A stretch of DNA of 63,976 nucleotides, filler included, from Octopus bimaculoides (lineage: Eukaryota), in assembly GCF_001194135.2 (NCBI RefSeq). It is 8 parts of 8 records of this genome, joined end to end, with 100 filler letters (N's around TTAATTAATTAA, not from the genome) between each part and the next. Parts side by side here need not be neighbours in the genome. Positions count along the whole stretch, not along the records: positions 1 to 11,617 come from NC_069005.1; positions 11,718 to 36,068 come from NC_068988.1; 6 more parts are not named here. The stretch is one strand, 5' to 3'. Each line of letters starts with the position of its first letter. Within the stretch, counting starts at the first letter, position 1. The position numbers were made by a program, and so were the translations under genes. Positions 1 to 13,557 of the stretch are shown here, one piece after another. The notes under the pieces were generated by a model that ran no database searches, was not told the origin of the DNA, and was given only the letters and a program-made list of their open reading frames with translations.

Positions 1-2117
1 ACATTACACATCCAACGGAGCATACTGGCTTCATTCCTTGCGAGCTTACGTATGTCCTCAGCAGTTACAGCCCATGTTTCACTGCCATGTAGCATGGCTG
101 TTCGTACGCATGCGTCATACAGTCTGCCTTTTACTCTGAGTGAGAGTCCCTTTGTCGCCAGCAGGGGTAAGAGCTCTCTAAACTTTGCCCAGGCTATTCT
201 TATTCTAGCAGCTACACTTTCAGCGCACCCACCCCCACTACTAACTTGGTCGACCAGATAGCGGAAGCTATCGACTACCTCTAGTTTTTCATGTGTGTGT
301 ATGTTTGTGTGTCTGTGTTTGTCCCCACAACATCGCTTGACATCCGATAATGGTGTGTTTACGTCCTCATAACTTAGTGTTTTGGCAAAAGAGACTGATA
401 GAATAAGTATCAGACTTACAAAGAATAAGTCCTGGGGTCGATTTGCTTGACTAAAGGCAGTGCTCCAGCATGGCTGCAGTCAAATGACTGAAACACAAAG
501 AAGAATAAAGAAAGAAAGAATATCCACATCATCTGTGATCGGAACAAGAAATAAAATCACCTGAAATAATCCTTTGTTATTTCGGTACAGAACCAACAAT
601 CTTGAGGTGGGGGTAGGTCAATTACATCGACCCCCAGTACTTAACTGGTACTTATTCTATCAATCTGCAAAGGATAAAAGGCAAATCTGACATTGGTGGA
701 ATTTGAACTCAGAACATAAAGGCAGACGAAATACCAAAATGCTAATGAGTCTGCCAGCTCTGCCTTAGAATCACCTGAAATTATAGAAGTTAAAAAGAAA
801 ATGTAACCTTTTTTTTTTAAATACAAAAATGAAAAAATATTGGTTTCAAATTTTGGCACAGGGCCAGCAATTTTAGGGGAGTCAATTACATCGACCCCAG
901 TACTAATTTATCGACCCCCAAAAGGATGAAAAGCAAAGGTGACCTTGGCGGAATTTGAACTCGGAACATAAAGATGGATGAAATGCCACTTAGCAGTGTG
1001 CTAATGATCCCACCTTAGAATCACCTGAAAAAAANNNNNNNNNNNNNNNNNNNNNNNNNNNNNNNNNNNNNNNNNNNNNNNNNNNNNNNNNNNNNNNNNN
1101 NNNNNNNNNNNNNNNNNNNNNNNNNNNNNNNNNNNNNNNNNNNNNNNNNNNNNNNNNNNNNNNNNNNNNNNNNNNNNNNNNNNNNNNNNNNNNNNNNNNN
1201 NNNNNNNNNNNNNNNNNNNNNNNNNNNNNNNNNNNNNNNNNNNNNNNNNNNNNNNNNNNNNNNNNNNNNNNNNNNNNNNNNNNNNNNNNNNNNNNNNNNN
1301 NNNNNNNNNNNNNNNNNNNNNNNNNNNNNNNNNNNNNNNNNNNNNNNNNNNNNNNNNNNNNNNNNNNNNNNNNNNNNNNNNNNNNNNNNNNNNNNNNNNN
1401 NNNNNNNNNNNNNNNNNNNNNNNNNNNNNNNNNNNNNNNNNNNNNNNNNNNNNNNNNNNNNNNNNNNNNNNNNNNNNNNNNNNNNNNNNNNNNNNNNNNN
1501 NNNNNNNNNNNNNNNNNNNNNNNNNNNNNNNNNNNNNNNNNNNNNNNNNNNNNNNNNNNNNNNNNNNNNNNNNNNNNNNNNNNNNNNNNNNNNNNNNNNN
1601 NNNNNNNNNNNNNNNNNNNNNNNNNNNNNNNNNNNNNNNNNNNNNNNNNNNNNNNNNNNNNNNNNNNNNNNNNNNNNNNNNNNNNNNNNNNNNNNNNNNN
1701 NNNNNNNNNNNNNNNNNNNNNNNNNNNNNNNNNNNNNNNNNNNNNNNNNNNNNNNNNNNNNNNNNATAGGTTTGGTGATGCAAACAGGAAAATAGAACTC
1801 AAAATATTAGCACACACACACATATATATATATATACAAAGAAATTGGCATGGGGAGTGAAGCACCCATTGCTTCATACAAGAGTTCTTCAGTTTCAAGA
1901 CAACAGGAGTTGCAATTTCTCAAACATAGAAGATATAAAACCCTGGTGTCTTTCTTTTGCTTCCCTCCTGCCAATTTTACCCTGGGGAAGGGACTCTGTC
2001 TGAAATGGTGGATACTGCACTCCCCATGACTATTTCACTGAACTCTTTTTGCCATATAATCGTTTCATACACACAGAATTTTAAATGCGAACCACCATAA
2101 GTTTCATACCTCTGATA

Positions 2118-2153
<36 letters not shown>

Positions 2154-2756
2154 NNNNNNNNNNNNNNNNNNNNNNNNNNNNNNNNNNNNNNNNNNNNNNN
2201 NNNNNNNNNNNNNNNNNNNNNNNNNNNNNNNNNNNNNNNNNNNNNNNNNNNNNNNNNNNNNNNNNNNNNNNNNNNNNNNNNNNNNNNNNNNNNNNNNNNN
2301 NNNNNNNNNNNNNNNNNNNNNNNNNNNNNNNNNNNNNNNNNNNNNNNNNNNNNNTATATATATATATATATACACATGCATACATGGTACAGTAACTTGA
2401 ATTTAAAATAAATCTTAAGAGATAAAGTTCTTAAGCCATTTTTTTTCCTGAATACTGTCAGCTGCACCAAATCTACATCTGTACCCTGTGTGTGTGTGTG
2501 TGTGTAATGGAAACCTTTACCTGGCATTGTGGTTTTATGGCACAAAGCAAAGCAAGCCTTGCCGTCCACTCAAGAAAACACATAGTAAATGATCCACAAG
2601 CACTCAAGCAAACTCAGTCCTCAACTTGTTCTATTTACCAAAATGGTTTGCAAGGCACCAACAGGCCTCAAAAGACACATTCATGTCCGTAGAAAAATGA
2701 TTACTGTTTTAATTTACTGAACCCTCATTTGTCATTAACAACAAGAGAATCCATAC

Positions 2757-2790
<34 letters not shown>

Positions 2791-3087
2791 AATATATATA
2801 TAGCTGAGGTGTGTTCTGTTAAGAATGTATAAGAGTACAAATAGAGCTCGTTCACCCTCAGAAGAAGCCATGGATGTTGTAGCATGGAAATCTAAATTTG
2901 CTTACTGAGACAGCAACTGAGCATCACCTGAGGAGATACATATAGATCTTATACAGGTAAATCGTTAAATAATTTAATTTAAACTTAACCTTAAATCCTG
3001 TAAATACGAGGATCTTTAATGTATCGAAACATTTGTAGCGATTAAAAAGCTGCCTAACCGTACTTACTCTTCCTTTCGACTCTTTTA

Positions 3088-3120
<33 letters not shown>

Positions 3121-3353
3121 CAGATAAATAGAGAGAGAGAGAGATATACACACAGCAACAAGATGACAGACAAATTGGGAGTTGGTGTGGGGGGGGGATA
3201 TGAGTTTTGTTTCTATAACAACTAATTTATTCAGAAACTGCACCTACAATGTTTGCACGATTCAAATTGCAGCTGTCCTGATGATGCCATGTCTAGCGGC
3301 AAAAGTGCAATTGACCCCCACCAAAATATACAGGACACACGCTACAGGAGGTC

Positions 3354-4993
3354 TCATACAACGCCGACCACTTGAAAGTCATCATCAAAGTGACCCCTTG
3401 AACTGGATTGGCGAGTGTTCCCATCTGCGGTGAGATCTTTGTTTGAATTCAGTTGAGATGAACGAGCGACGTAGGACCGGGGTCGTGAGTTGTTGCTGTG
3501 GGAGGTGTCGGGTTTGTGACATGCAATTTGTTGATTGTTTAAGATGTGAGGATCAAGAGACTCCCCTGGGCCCAGCTGCCAGTTGTCACGTGCGTTCTCA
3601 GCTGAGGCAGAACGATTGGAAGATACATGCATGCTATGTCTCTTTTTCTGCCGTCTATGTTGACCGGTGTCCAGTGGGACGGCCGCATGGTGACTACGTG
3701 TACACAAGCTGTGATTATTGTCTCTGAGGTTCAACTCCCGAGTCTCGTGTACCAGGTTTTCCATGGGACAATCGTGATGCGTCCCAGAGTTCGGTATGAC
3801 TGTATTGAAACTTTGTTCGCTGCTCTCCCCTGCAGCCAACTTCTGTCCAGTCTCCGTACTATCTCGACCACTGCCTGTACAACTGTTGTGGTGATGGTGA
3901 TGATGATGATGATGGTGATAACTGTTGTCAAACAACTGGCTCGAGTCCAAGTAGCTGCAGGTTTCAGGAAATTCCTCGGCGATGGTCGCAGTTGGTATGT
4001 CGACGGCACAATTTTCGTTGCTGTCGTATAGATTGCTGCGGACATTCTTCTTGGAATGATGTCGATGGTGCTTCATGCCTGACCGTTTTTTATACGCTCT
4101 ATGAACTTTCTTTGAGATACGGCTGGGTTCAATTTCCTGCTTAGGATGCGTTGTCTGTGATAAATCCACTTTCATATCTTCGGCAAAACCGGAACTCAGT
4201 CCGATGCAGTTCACTCCACTGTCTCGTGAATAAGCGTACATTGAATATTTATTCGGCAGCTTACCCTTGTATTCAATACTGATATCATTGCCATAGTAAT
4301 CCTCGCAGTAGCTGTAACGTTCCAGTCTCTTCCGCTGCTTGCTGATTTTCTGCTGTGCTGCAGCATGGCCATGTTCACAGACAGCATTATTCGTTCTCAG
4401 TGAAGATGTCTTTGAGGTAGATTTACGTGGACATTTGTGATGCTGGTTGCTACGATGCTTCGACGAAGCTTCATTGGCCAGTCCTTCGTAGCAGGGAGAC
4501 TGTTGCGAGTGGTGTTTCGTGCTATCTGTTGGTTGTTTCTCAAAGCTGTTGGGTTCATCGACCACAACTGACCAGCGATTCACGTTTGCTTGAAGTTCCT
4601 GTTCCTTACCGAGTTTGGAATTGTAATGGGCTGTTTCTTTAGGACTAGCTTGTTCCGAACACATAGGTTCGCAAGTGTAGGGAGGCAATGTGACAATTGG
4701 GGGAACAGTCGCTGATTTTAGTTTGGAACTTGTCGGCCCAGTCGCCAGACCACCTTTACCGACGACATTGGCATCCTGCACGGTATAGAGATAATGCCAG
4801 GTATTAGATTTGGTCACTTGTTGGTCACTGATCCATTCTTCAGTCCTGCGTTGTTTCTCCAGTTGTTGTTGGTACCATTGCCATTCAGGGGGAGGAAACT
4901 GTGCAGAGAATGTGGCATATTCCACTTCTTTATTCGGGGATGCTTTCTTCTTGTAACGGCCAAACAGTTTACTGAATAACGTGGTTTTCTCAC
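3354..4993 (-). CDS. STOX: Storkhead-box (STOX/knockout-like) protein, terminal coding exon
   Basis: Acceptor gtttcag|GT GAG AAA at 4993 (phase 1), open to the stop at 3354 (about 546 codons). Contains EYATFSAQFPPPEW, matching the conserved STOX FSAQFPP(E/P)EW motif, followed by a long Ser/His/Gln-rich low-complexity tail. In frame with the 6745-7104 exon. Confidence 0.85.
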
Positions 4994-5071
4994 CTGAAAC
5001 GAAAGAGAAACGGTGAATGAGGAATGAGGAAACGAAAACAGTTTCAGCAGCACACTCAGCTGAGACTATAC

Positions 5072-5137
<66 letters not shown>

Positions 5138-5779
5138 NNNNNNNNNNNNNNNNNNNNNNNNNNNNNNNNNNNNNNNNNNNNNNNNNNNNNNNNNNNNNNN
5201 NNNNNNNNNNNNNNNNNNNNNNNNNNNNNNNNNNNNNNNNNNNNNNNNNNNNNNNNNNNNNNNNNNNNNNNNNNNNNNNNNNNNNNNNNNNNNNNNNNNN
5301 NNNNNNNNNNNNNNNNNNNNNNNNNNNNNNNNNNNNNNNNNNNNNNNNNNNNNNNNNNNNNNNNNNNNNNNNNNNNNNNNNNNNNNNNNNNNNNNNNNNN
5401 NNNNNNNNNNNNNNGTACGTTATACTTTTACATACACACAGACACATACATACATATATATATATATAAACAAACACACATACATACAAACACACGTACA
5501 TAAATAAACCCACATGTCACAAAGCTTACCTCCCCTGTTAACCTGTGATTCCACTGCAGTTCTTGAGTACAGCATATAGAGTTCATATCCACTCCTTTTC
5601 TGCATATCAAGCAAAGATATTTCACTGACAATTCAGTGGTCGTGTTTTAACTCCTACTTACGAACACATTTGCCTTTGCTAAATTTACCTGAAAACCTCT
5701 CCATGCTAGCTTTTGCTTCCATGCCTGGAATTTCCTCTCTGGTTTCAGTATGGTAATTAGATCACCAGTATATGACAGC

Positions 5780-6090
5780 ACCCACGAACAGCAGGTCTTA
5801 AACTCCCATGTGATGATCTTTACGACTATAATGAGTAGGAAAAGGGTGAGAATTGAGCCCTGATAAACCCCTACCTGACATCAAACTCATTGCTAAACAA
5901 CAGGTTTTAAATTCCTTTGTGGTAATCTTTAGGATTACAATAAACAGGAGAGGGGTGAGAATCAAACCTTGATGAACCCCTACCTGCACGCCGAATTCAT
6001 TATTGAACAGCAGGTCTTAAATTCCTTTGTGATAATCTTTGGGATTATATTGAAGAGGAGAGGGGCAAGAACTAAACCTGCACACCAAAT
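5780..6090 (-). repeat. Three degenerate ~110-bp tandem units derived from an RTE reverse-transcriptase segment
   Basis: Units start with aacagcaggtcttaaa at about 5786, 5897 and 6006. The minus strand reads QVGVHQGLILTPLLFIVILKITTKEFKT (RT QG..LSP.LF motif). Confidence 0.55.
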
Positions 6091-6744
6091 TTATTGTTGA
6101 ATTCATTGTTGACTCTGGTTTTTATTACTGCACCTTTCAACGGGGTTTGTACAGTCCCCACATGCCATTTGTCGACGCTTGGTTCCCTTAGTAACTACCA
6201 GATTACAGAGTATAACATTCCATTAATGGCCTTCTCCATGTGTGTGTGTGTGTCTGTCTGTGTGTGTTTGTATTTGCTTTTATGTCAAGTTATAATTAAA
6301 GCAATTTAACATTAAACCGAAGAATTACTCCATACTTTTTTTGTAGAGTGACAGGGACTTCAAAGTTTCCCCTTGTTAGCTTTCATTCAACTCTCTCTCT
6401 TTCTCCCTCCCTCCCTCTCCCTCTCGTATATACACACATGGAGTGAAGGGAAGACAAACTGAAACTTGCCGCTGAAGGAAGGAAAGAAAGGTCAGTTTCT
6501 TTTGCTGAACATTTAAGTTACAGGGATGTAAACAAACTAACACCAGTTTTCTCAAGTGGTGGAGGTATGCAAACACACAAGCACACATCATGAGCTTCTT
6601 TCAGTTTCCTCCAACCAAATTCACTTACAAGGCTATAGCAGAAAACACTTTCCCAAGGTGCCACACAGTGGGATTGAACCCCAAACCATGTGAGCCAAAC
6701 AGTTTCCATTATATAAAAATACAACATCATTTAATGATATTTAC

Positions 6745-7104
6745 CTTTGTTCTTGTCTTGATTGATGTTGCTGTTCTTGAGGTTAATGTCCTTCGTAGAA
6801 CCCAGGGTTTTGTCAGACTTAAACTTCAATGATGCACTTCGCCGTATGTGTTCGTGGGCGCTTTTTCTGTAGCGATTGCGAGACGCTCTTGCACTTTGAC
6901 TGCGCTGTGGTTTGGTCTTGCTTGAAGCTTTCTTGATGTCGTTTGCACTGCTCGATGTCTGACATGATATCGAACGGACTTGCGCTTTGGGAGGTGGTAC
7001 CATGGGAATGTAAAACTGTTTATAAGGGGACCAGGGCACAGCAAAGGAATTCTCACCCAAAGGAACTCGATATGTGTCCGGGGTGACCACAAAATATCCA
7101 CTTC
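6745..7104 (-). CDS. STOX: STOX internal exon (end of the winged-helix domain plus linker)
   Basis: Acceptor tttgttgcag|GA AGT GGA TAT TTT GTG GTC ACC CCG GAC ACA TAT encodes (G)SGYFVVTPDTY, matching STOX GYFIVTPQTY. Donor AAA G|gtaaat at 6744. The exon is 360 nt, phase 1 to phase 1, compatible with the next exon. Confidence 0.85.
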
Positions 7105-7770
7105 CTGCAACAAATGAAATAAATTTTTAAAATGAAATTAATTATAATAATGATTTCAAATATTGGCACAAGGCCAGCAATTTCAGAGTACAGAATAAGT
7201 CAATTATGTCAATCCCACCCACAGTATCCAACTGGTATTTATTTTATCGACTCTCAAAGGATAAAACAATTAAATTTCATGGTTATTCCAGTAACGATGT
7301 TAAATATCTACCAAAAAATATAGAATTGGTATTTTCTGCAAGCCATGTTTCTTCAATGAACTCGACATATCTGAACAAAATAATAGTTTCAAATATGACA
7401 TTCTGCAATGAAATTTTGAACGGATACATCTGATTTCTATAGTAAAATGGTTAATATTGGTGGAGTGGTGATACCAGTGCAAAATTTGATGCTTTGATAT
7501 TTATAAAACAATGACAATGGGTGGAAATAACATTTTGATATTTATGAAATAAACTGGTGCAATAGCAATGAAATTTGATGGTATTAATATTGAAATATTT
7601 CAGCATTTTTTCGTTTTATGTGTGGCAAGAGTCAAACTTGTGTCAGTTGATTTCCTGTCACAGGACACCATTCTCAGTAGTTTATGGTAAATTTATTTAT
7701 GTCTTTTATATATTTTTCAGCTTGGCAATGTCTTTCTTGAGCTGGAGATTGTCAAACGCTCACATACAGT

Positions 7771-7805
<35 letters not shown>

Positions 7806-7929
7806 ATGAAAGATGTTGCCAAACACAAAAATATATTTAAAAAATTAAATAATATTGTTATATTTCAGGATGGTCATTTTTTATTTTTTTTGCCAAATAA
7901 TCATAGGCACAAGATATTCATTCTTCATT

Positions 7930-8130
7930 TCAGATTTATTTCATTATTGTTCTTATTTTATCTCCTGCGTCTGGAAATCCTTCATCACACATCCTCTGAC
8001 CTCTTCAGCGACTCTTCATCTCATGTCTCCTCCTGTTCCGTTTACTCCATGGAGAGGTCACAAGACATGTGGTGAAAGATTTCCAAACATAGGACATAAA
8101 ATAAGAACAATTATAAAATAAATCAGAAGT
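7930..8130. repeat. Imperfect inverted repeat / fold-back
   Basis: cagatttatttcattattgttcttattttat..ggaaatc..tgacctct mirrored by agaggtca..gatttcc..ataaaataagaacaattataaaataaatcag. Confidence 0.5.
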
Positions 8131-9859
8131 GAANNNNNNNNNNNNNNNNNNNNNNNNNNNNNNNNNNNNNNNNNNNNNNNNNNNNNNNNNNNNNNNNNNN
8201 NNNNNNNNNNNNNNNNNNNNNNNNNNNNNNNNNNNNNNNNNNNNNNNNNNNNNNNNNNNNNNNNNNNNNNNNNNNNNNNNNNNNNNNNNNNNNNNNNTAC
8301 ACAAATGTCAAAAATAAATAGATTTTCCATAAATTGTCGAAAACAATGTTGTGTTTTTGATTCTTCTAATTTTAAAAATTTCTCCACATTTACATTTTCT
8401 GCTGTGATATCTAAAAATCTCTAAACAAGTTTTATAAATGCTTCCATACTATACACTCTGAAATACATCACTTATTACAGCCTGTATGTTATACAAGTAA
8501 CAATTCTTCGTTACTAAAATGTAGTTTTTACCTGTCTTCATAACAGGAAATTCAAAATTCTTCATTTTGATACCGAGCATGCTTTTTAAAAGATTTCTCA
8601 CAGAAATTAGCTGGCAAAAGTTTGACAATTGTGATACTTAAAACAAAAGAATGCAGAAATATTTATACACCACGTAATGGGTGAAGTGAGAACGGTGCAG
8701 CGTGACAAGTTTCATACTCAGGAAACAGAACAACGTGCAGTAATAAAAGGGGTGAGTGATTCCTTGTCATCGTTAGTTAAAATCCACTTTTCCATGCGTG
8801 CATGGGTTGGATGGAATTTGTTGAAGCAGATTTTCTCAGCCCGGATGCTCTTCCTTTTGCCAACCCTTGACTGTGAATGATGGTTGTAAACGAATGTCAC
8901 CTTCATGTAAGCGGTGTCTTTTATCTTCAATCTTGAGTTATGGGAGGAAATATGACGATATTTGGAAACGGGTGAGGGTTAGCAACAGGAAGGGCATCCG
9001 GCTGTAGAAATATCCATCTCAACAAATTCTGTCCCACTGATGCAAGCATGGAAAAGTGGAAGTTGTGATGATGATAATGATGATATTGATGCATTGATAA
9101 CTGTGCATCATGGTGACAGTGGTGGTGGCAGCAGCAGCAGTGGTGGTGGTGGTGGTGATGATCGTGGTGACAATAATACTTTGATAAGACAATATTGGTG
9201 CAGTGATCGCTGTGCATAATGACATCATCGAGGCAGTTATAAATCAATATGGTAACGACAACAACAACATTAAGGATAGAATGAACAAACAGTGAGAATG
9301 TTAATGGATACCTTCTGGGTGAGGGTTTGTCAGACATGAAAGAGAAAGAGAGAGAGAGAGAGAGAGAGTGAGAGACGTCAGTGTGGTGGTGGTGGTGTGA
9401 TGATGATGTCTGATGTCAATGGTGCATGGAGACGGAGCATGTGAAGAGGATGATAATGGGAGGTGTGAAGCTGCTGGTGATGGACGATGTAGTTAGGTGG
9501 CAGTGGTGGTGGTGGTGGTGGTGGTGGTGATGGTGGCAAAATATGTCTACAGTTAGCAATCGCATTACAAATGGCAATGGTAATTGTTGTTGTCAATGTT
9601 ATTGTAATTCAGCCCTGACCTAGCAGAGACCTGAGACCTAAACAAAAGGCTTTCCAACCACGACATTCTCGTCACTCAAATAATTTTATTTGGGGCTGCA
9701 TCATCCAAAGTGTGCCTCTTATTTAAAAAAAAACAAAAACAAAAAAGATAATAGGCTGTGTCTTCTTTTGCAAGAAAGAATCATAAAACATATTCTTGAA
9801 GCCAAGCCTACCAGCTAGAGACTTGGGGAAGAACAAGATGGTCCATAGTCCCAATCTAG

Positions 9860-10560
9860 GTATGGGCAACATTCTTCAAAGAGTGGGCTGCATGAAACAT
9901 GTCTCGTTATCAGGCAGACTGCACCACTAAAAAAATTCCAGGTAATTTTTTCCATTATATAAGGAGCCTTTGACATGGGGGTAGCATCTCAACCTTGGAT
10001 GCACTTGTATTCACAGCAGGTCAGTAACATGCATGAAATATGAGCCAACTTATGAATCGTTCAACTGCAGGGTGACATGCGGCAAACAGTAACAGCGCTT
10101 GCTCTGTAAAACTAGCCCACTGAGGCCCAACCGCAAAAAAGTTGTTTGTTCTGGGAAAGTTCAGTCACAGGTATAGAAAACCTTTTACAAGAAGCAGGCC
10201 ACACAAGGCATTATCCAGCATCAGGAAGACTGAATTAATAAAAAAAAAAATTGAGATAATTTTTCATTATGTGAAGAGCCCTGACTATGTAGCATCTTGA
10301 CTTTGGATACACATGCATTCACTGCAGGCCAGTAACCCACAGAGCCAGTATGAACCAGCCTATGAGTCTAGGTGACATGCAATAAATTGTAACAGTGCTT
10401 CTTCTGTGGAACTGATCTGGTTAGATCCAACAATGGAAATGTCATGTACGTATGTTGTGGGAAGGTTAAGCAACAGACACAGGCAACCTTTTAAAAGAAG
10501 TGAGTCACATGGGACATGGCTCATTATCAGGCAGGCTGCACTATTAAAAAACTTCAAGAT
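9860..10560. repeat. Degenerate ~308-bp tandem repeat, about 2.3 copies
   Basis: The block aaccttttaaaagaag..cattatcaggcag..aaaaaa..ataatttt recurs near 9870, 10180 and 10485. Confidence 0.45.
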
Positions 10561-10789
10561 AATTTATTCATAAGTGTCACTGGCACAAGCACTTTTCATG
10601 CAATAACTATAAGTTTGACATCAAAATAGTAAATATTTAAATGAAGTTAACAGAGTGTTTTTTTGAATGGTTGATGCGTCTTCCACACTACAAGAATATC
10701 GTTTATTCCAGGCATAAAACAAAAAGTCATGTATTAGTAAGAGATTAAATGATGTTTATAGTTTGTGTGTGTTTATGACTGTCTAATGT

Positions 10790-11110
10790 AAACGTCTGGA
10801 AGGAGGTTGCGGAAGAAGGAGACCTAAGAAAATATAGGACAAAGTACTGAAGGCTGATCTCAAAATGCTGAACCTTATGAAGGAGATGACCGAGGACGGA
10901 GATATGGGGTGCATTGTTGTACTCAAGAAAACCCACCCACCACAACAGAATTGTGATCCTAAAACCAAGGTGCCAGGTAAAAAGCATTGGTGAAGGTACT
11001 GGTACCACGTAAAAAGCACCAGTGGTTTGACCTGGTAAAAAATTCCTGAAGATTGAACCACACAATGGCTTGACATTGATTGATTGCTTAATAGACCAAT
11101 CACATGAAAC
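10790..11110 (+). mobile_element. RTE-type LINE 3' fragment
   Basis: Degenerate translation EG.CGRRRPKKI*DKVLKADLKMLNL..EMTED resembles the RTE C-terminus GRPRKTW...V..DL. Confidence 0.5.
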
Positions 11111-11755
11111 TGCTGTGGTTTGAGTGTGATGTCTCTAGCATGCTACCAAGCAATTCGGTTTCGAATCACTGCTACGCAGTCATGAGCAAACTATGGCCCT
11201 CGTAACTTTCAGGAAAATGAGTATTTTGAAATGAAATTTTCTACAAATATCTTTCAGATGGCGTAATATGCTGATTATATCAAAATTTCATGTGCAAAAT
11301 AAAAAAAAAATGACACATGCACACATACACACATATATATATATACATACTGACACACATCACAATTTTTTTTTCAAAATTTCAAGTTTCATCTTGTAGA
11401 TGTGTGTGTGTGTGTGTGTGTGCGATGTGTATGAGCAGATATTTGTGCACGCATCTACCAATTATTTTATTTCTTATAGCACATTAAATTCTGATATAAT
11501 CACAATTTACACCATCAGAGAGGTATTCATAAAAAGATTTTCTTTGAAAAACACCCGTTTTTCTGAAAGTGATGAGGAAACAAAGTTGGGTTGGGTGGGG
11601 CAGGGAGGAGGGGAGGCNNNNNNNNNNNNNNNNNNNNNNNNNNNNNNNNNNNNNNNNNNNNTTAATTAATTAANNNNNNNNNNNNNNNNNNNNNNNNNNN
11701 NNNNNNNNNNNNNNNNNAGTGAAGTGAAAGCACGTTATAAAAATAAAACTACTGA

Positions 11756-11757
11756 AC

Positions 11758-11809
<52 letters not shown>

Positions 11810-11818
11810 GTAATGATG

Positions 11819-11888
<70 letters not shown>

Positions 11889-11908
11889 TGATGATGATGA
11901 TGATAATA
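11756..11908. repeat. Long (AAT)n/(GAT)n microsatellite
   Basis: Directly visible; one of many (TA)n, (CA)n, (GA)n and (AAT)n tracts in the window, most of them bordering gaps. Confidence 0.95.
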
Positions 11909-11958
11909 TCATCGTAAAATACCTTAGGAATGAGAACCCAGGTTCGAAATTTGCCCAA

Positions 11959-12004
11959 GACACCTGATGAAGGCTGGAAGGTATATCAACCGAAACGTTG
12001 TGTT
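11959..12004 (+). ncRNA. Minimal type-I hammerhead ribozyme motif in a Penelope-like repeat
   Basis: GACAC-CTGATGA-A-GGCTG(gaaggtatat)CAACC-GAAAC-GTT-GTGTT: both core boxes, stem I GACAC/GTGTT, palindromic stem III AACGTT. Confidence 0.6.
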
Positions 12005-12912
12005 AACAACAAACAATATGAGGACAAATATCCGTCAAATGTAAATAATATATGTACATAATTCCACATCTCTTAAATATAGAACTGTACTATTCAGTGT
12101 CTTCTAGACTGAGAATCTTTGGATCTCATCTGTGTACTATATGTTATACATGACTCGCGTCACTACGTTGCTGCCTTTACTAACGTGTAGTATGGCAATA
12201 TTCTTCGTTGAACCACGACATTACTGAAACATATAAGGTAGTTTATACACAAGACATCACTCTAATGTTGTGTCTGTCATTCACTCTTTTTCTTTGTCAC
12301 TCACTCTCTCTCTCTCACTCTCTCCCGATTTTTAACACACGTACATATAAACTTTCATAGCATGTTTCATTTCGTCACATAAATTGAGAACATCGTAAAG
12401 AGGAGATGTATGGTTTGAGAAGGATTTGGTACATTGCAAATTGATATTGAAGCAAATTACTGATATATATGTAGATATACATAGATTAACATCATTTTGA
12501 TTATGATAGAAATGTGTGAATACATGTATGTATTATCTTTATGTTAAATGCATTTGCTGAAACGTGGAGGCGCGTGGATTAGTGGTTAGGGTGGTAGACT
12601 CATGAATGTAGCATCATGGTATCGATTCGTGAACCGAGAGACGCGTTATGTTCTTGAACAAAACACTTTATATCACGTTGCTCTTTACCTCACAGTTCCT
12701 TCAATACGTATCCCACATGGGTTTTGTCTACATGTATTTTTTATACATATTTATCTATATATTTATATCTTATAAATATTTAAAAAAATATTCATATGTG
12801 TCGATATATATTAATATATGTATATGTAAATATATGTATATATATATACATGTGTGTGTCTGTGTGTCTGTGTGAGTGTGAGTGTGTAAATATATATAGG
12901 GAATTATGCACA

Positions 12913-12957
<45 letters not shown>

Positions 12958-13344
12958 CATACACGCGGAACGAGGGGTAGGGAAAGGTAGGAACTGTCAG
13001 AGGATGATTTTATTTGTATGTTGGCATTGTTTTCTTCAACAAAACACCTCATTTCACGTCTCTCAAGTCAGTTCAGCCGGCAAGAATGTGTAATCCTGCG
13101 ACGGAGTGACGTCGCGTCCAGTTAGGGAACATATATCCGCCATGAATCCTGGAAACCGGCACTTATGGGTCAGTATGGCTCGACAGATTTAACGTTAAAT
13201 CTTTCATTTCCAGAAAGAAGCATTATTGATCAGACATAATATAAGCAAATAGTTACTAACAGATAATATCGATTCTACATTCAGGTTTACTACATTCAGT
13301 AGTTAACAGAAATTGACTGCATACATTTAATATGTTACAATAAA

Positions 13345-13360
13345 GGCGTGGTTATATTTT
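13345..13360 (+). promoter_or_regulatory. Conserved upstream motif of A1 (GGCGTGGTTATATTTT), KLF/Sp-like box next to an AT-rich element
   Basis: 213 nt upstream of the ATG; similar motifs occur upstream of four other paralogs. Confidence 0.4.
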
Positions 13361-13557
13361 ATGATAACTGTACACCCAATCACATATAATATATTAATGA
13401 ATGCATTACAGTGTGTTGTAAAACGATGACAAAGAAGCTAGCAGCAAGCGAGAAACACTAAACAAAGATATAAATATTAATATTCTGGTCAGTTTTGCAT
13501 TCAGGTGAATTTGATTATTCTAATATCTTTGCAATTATATCAAAATCTAAGTAACTG

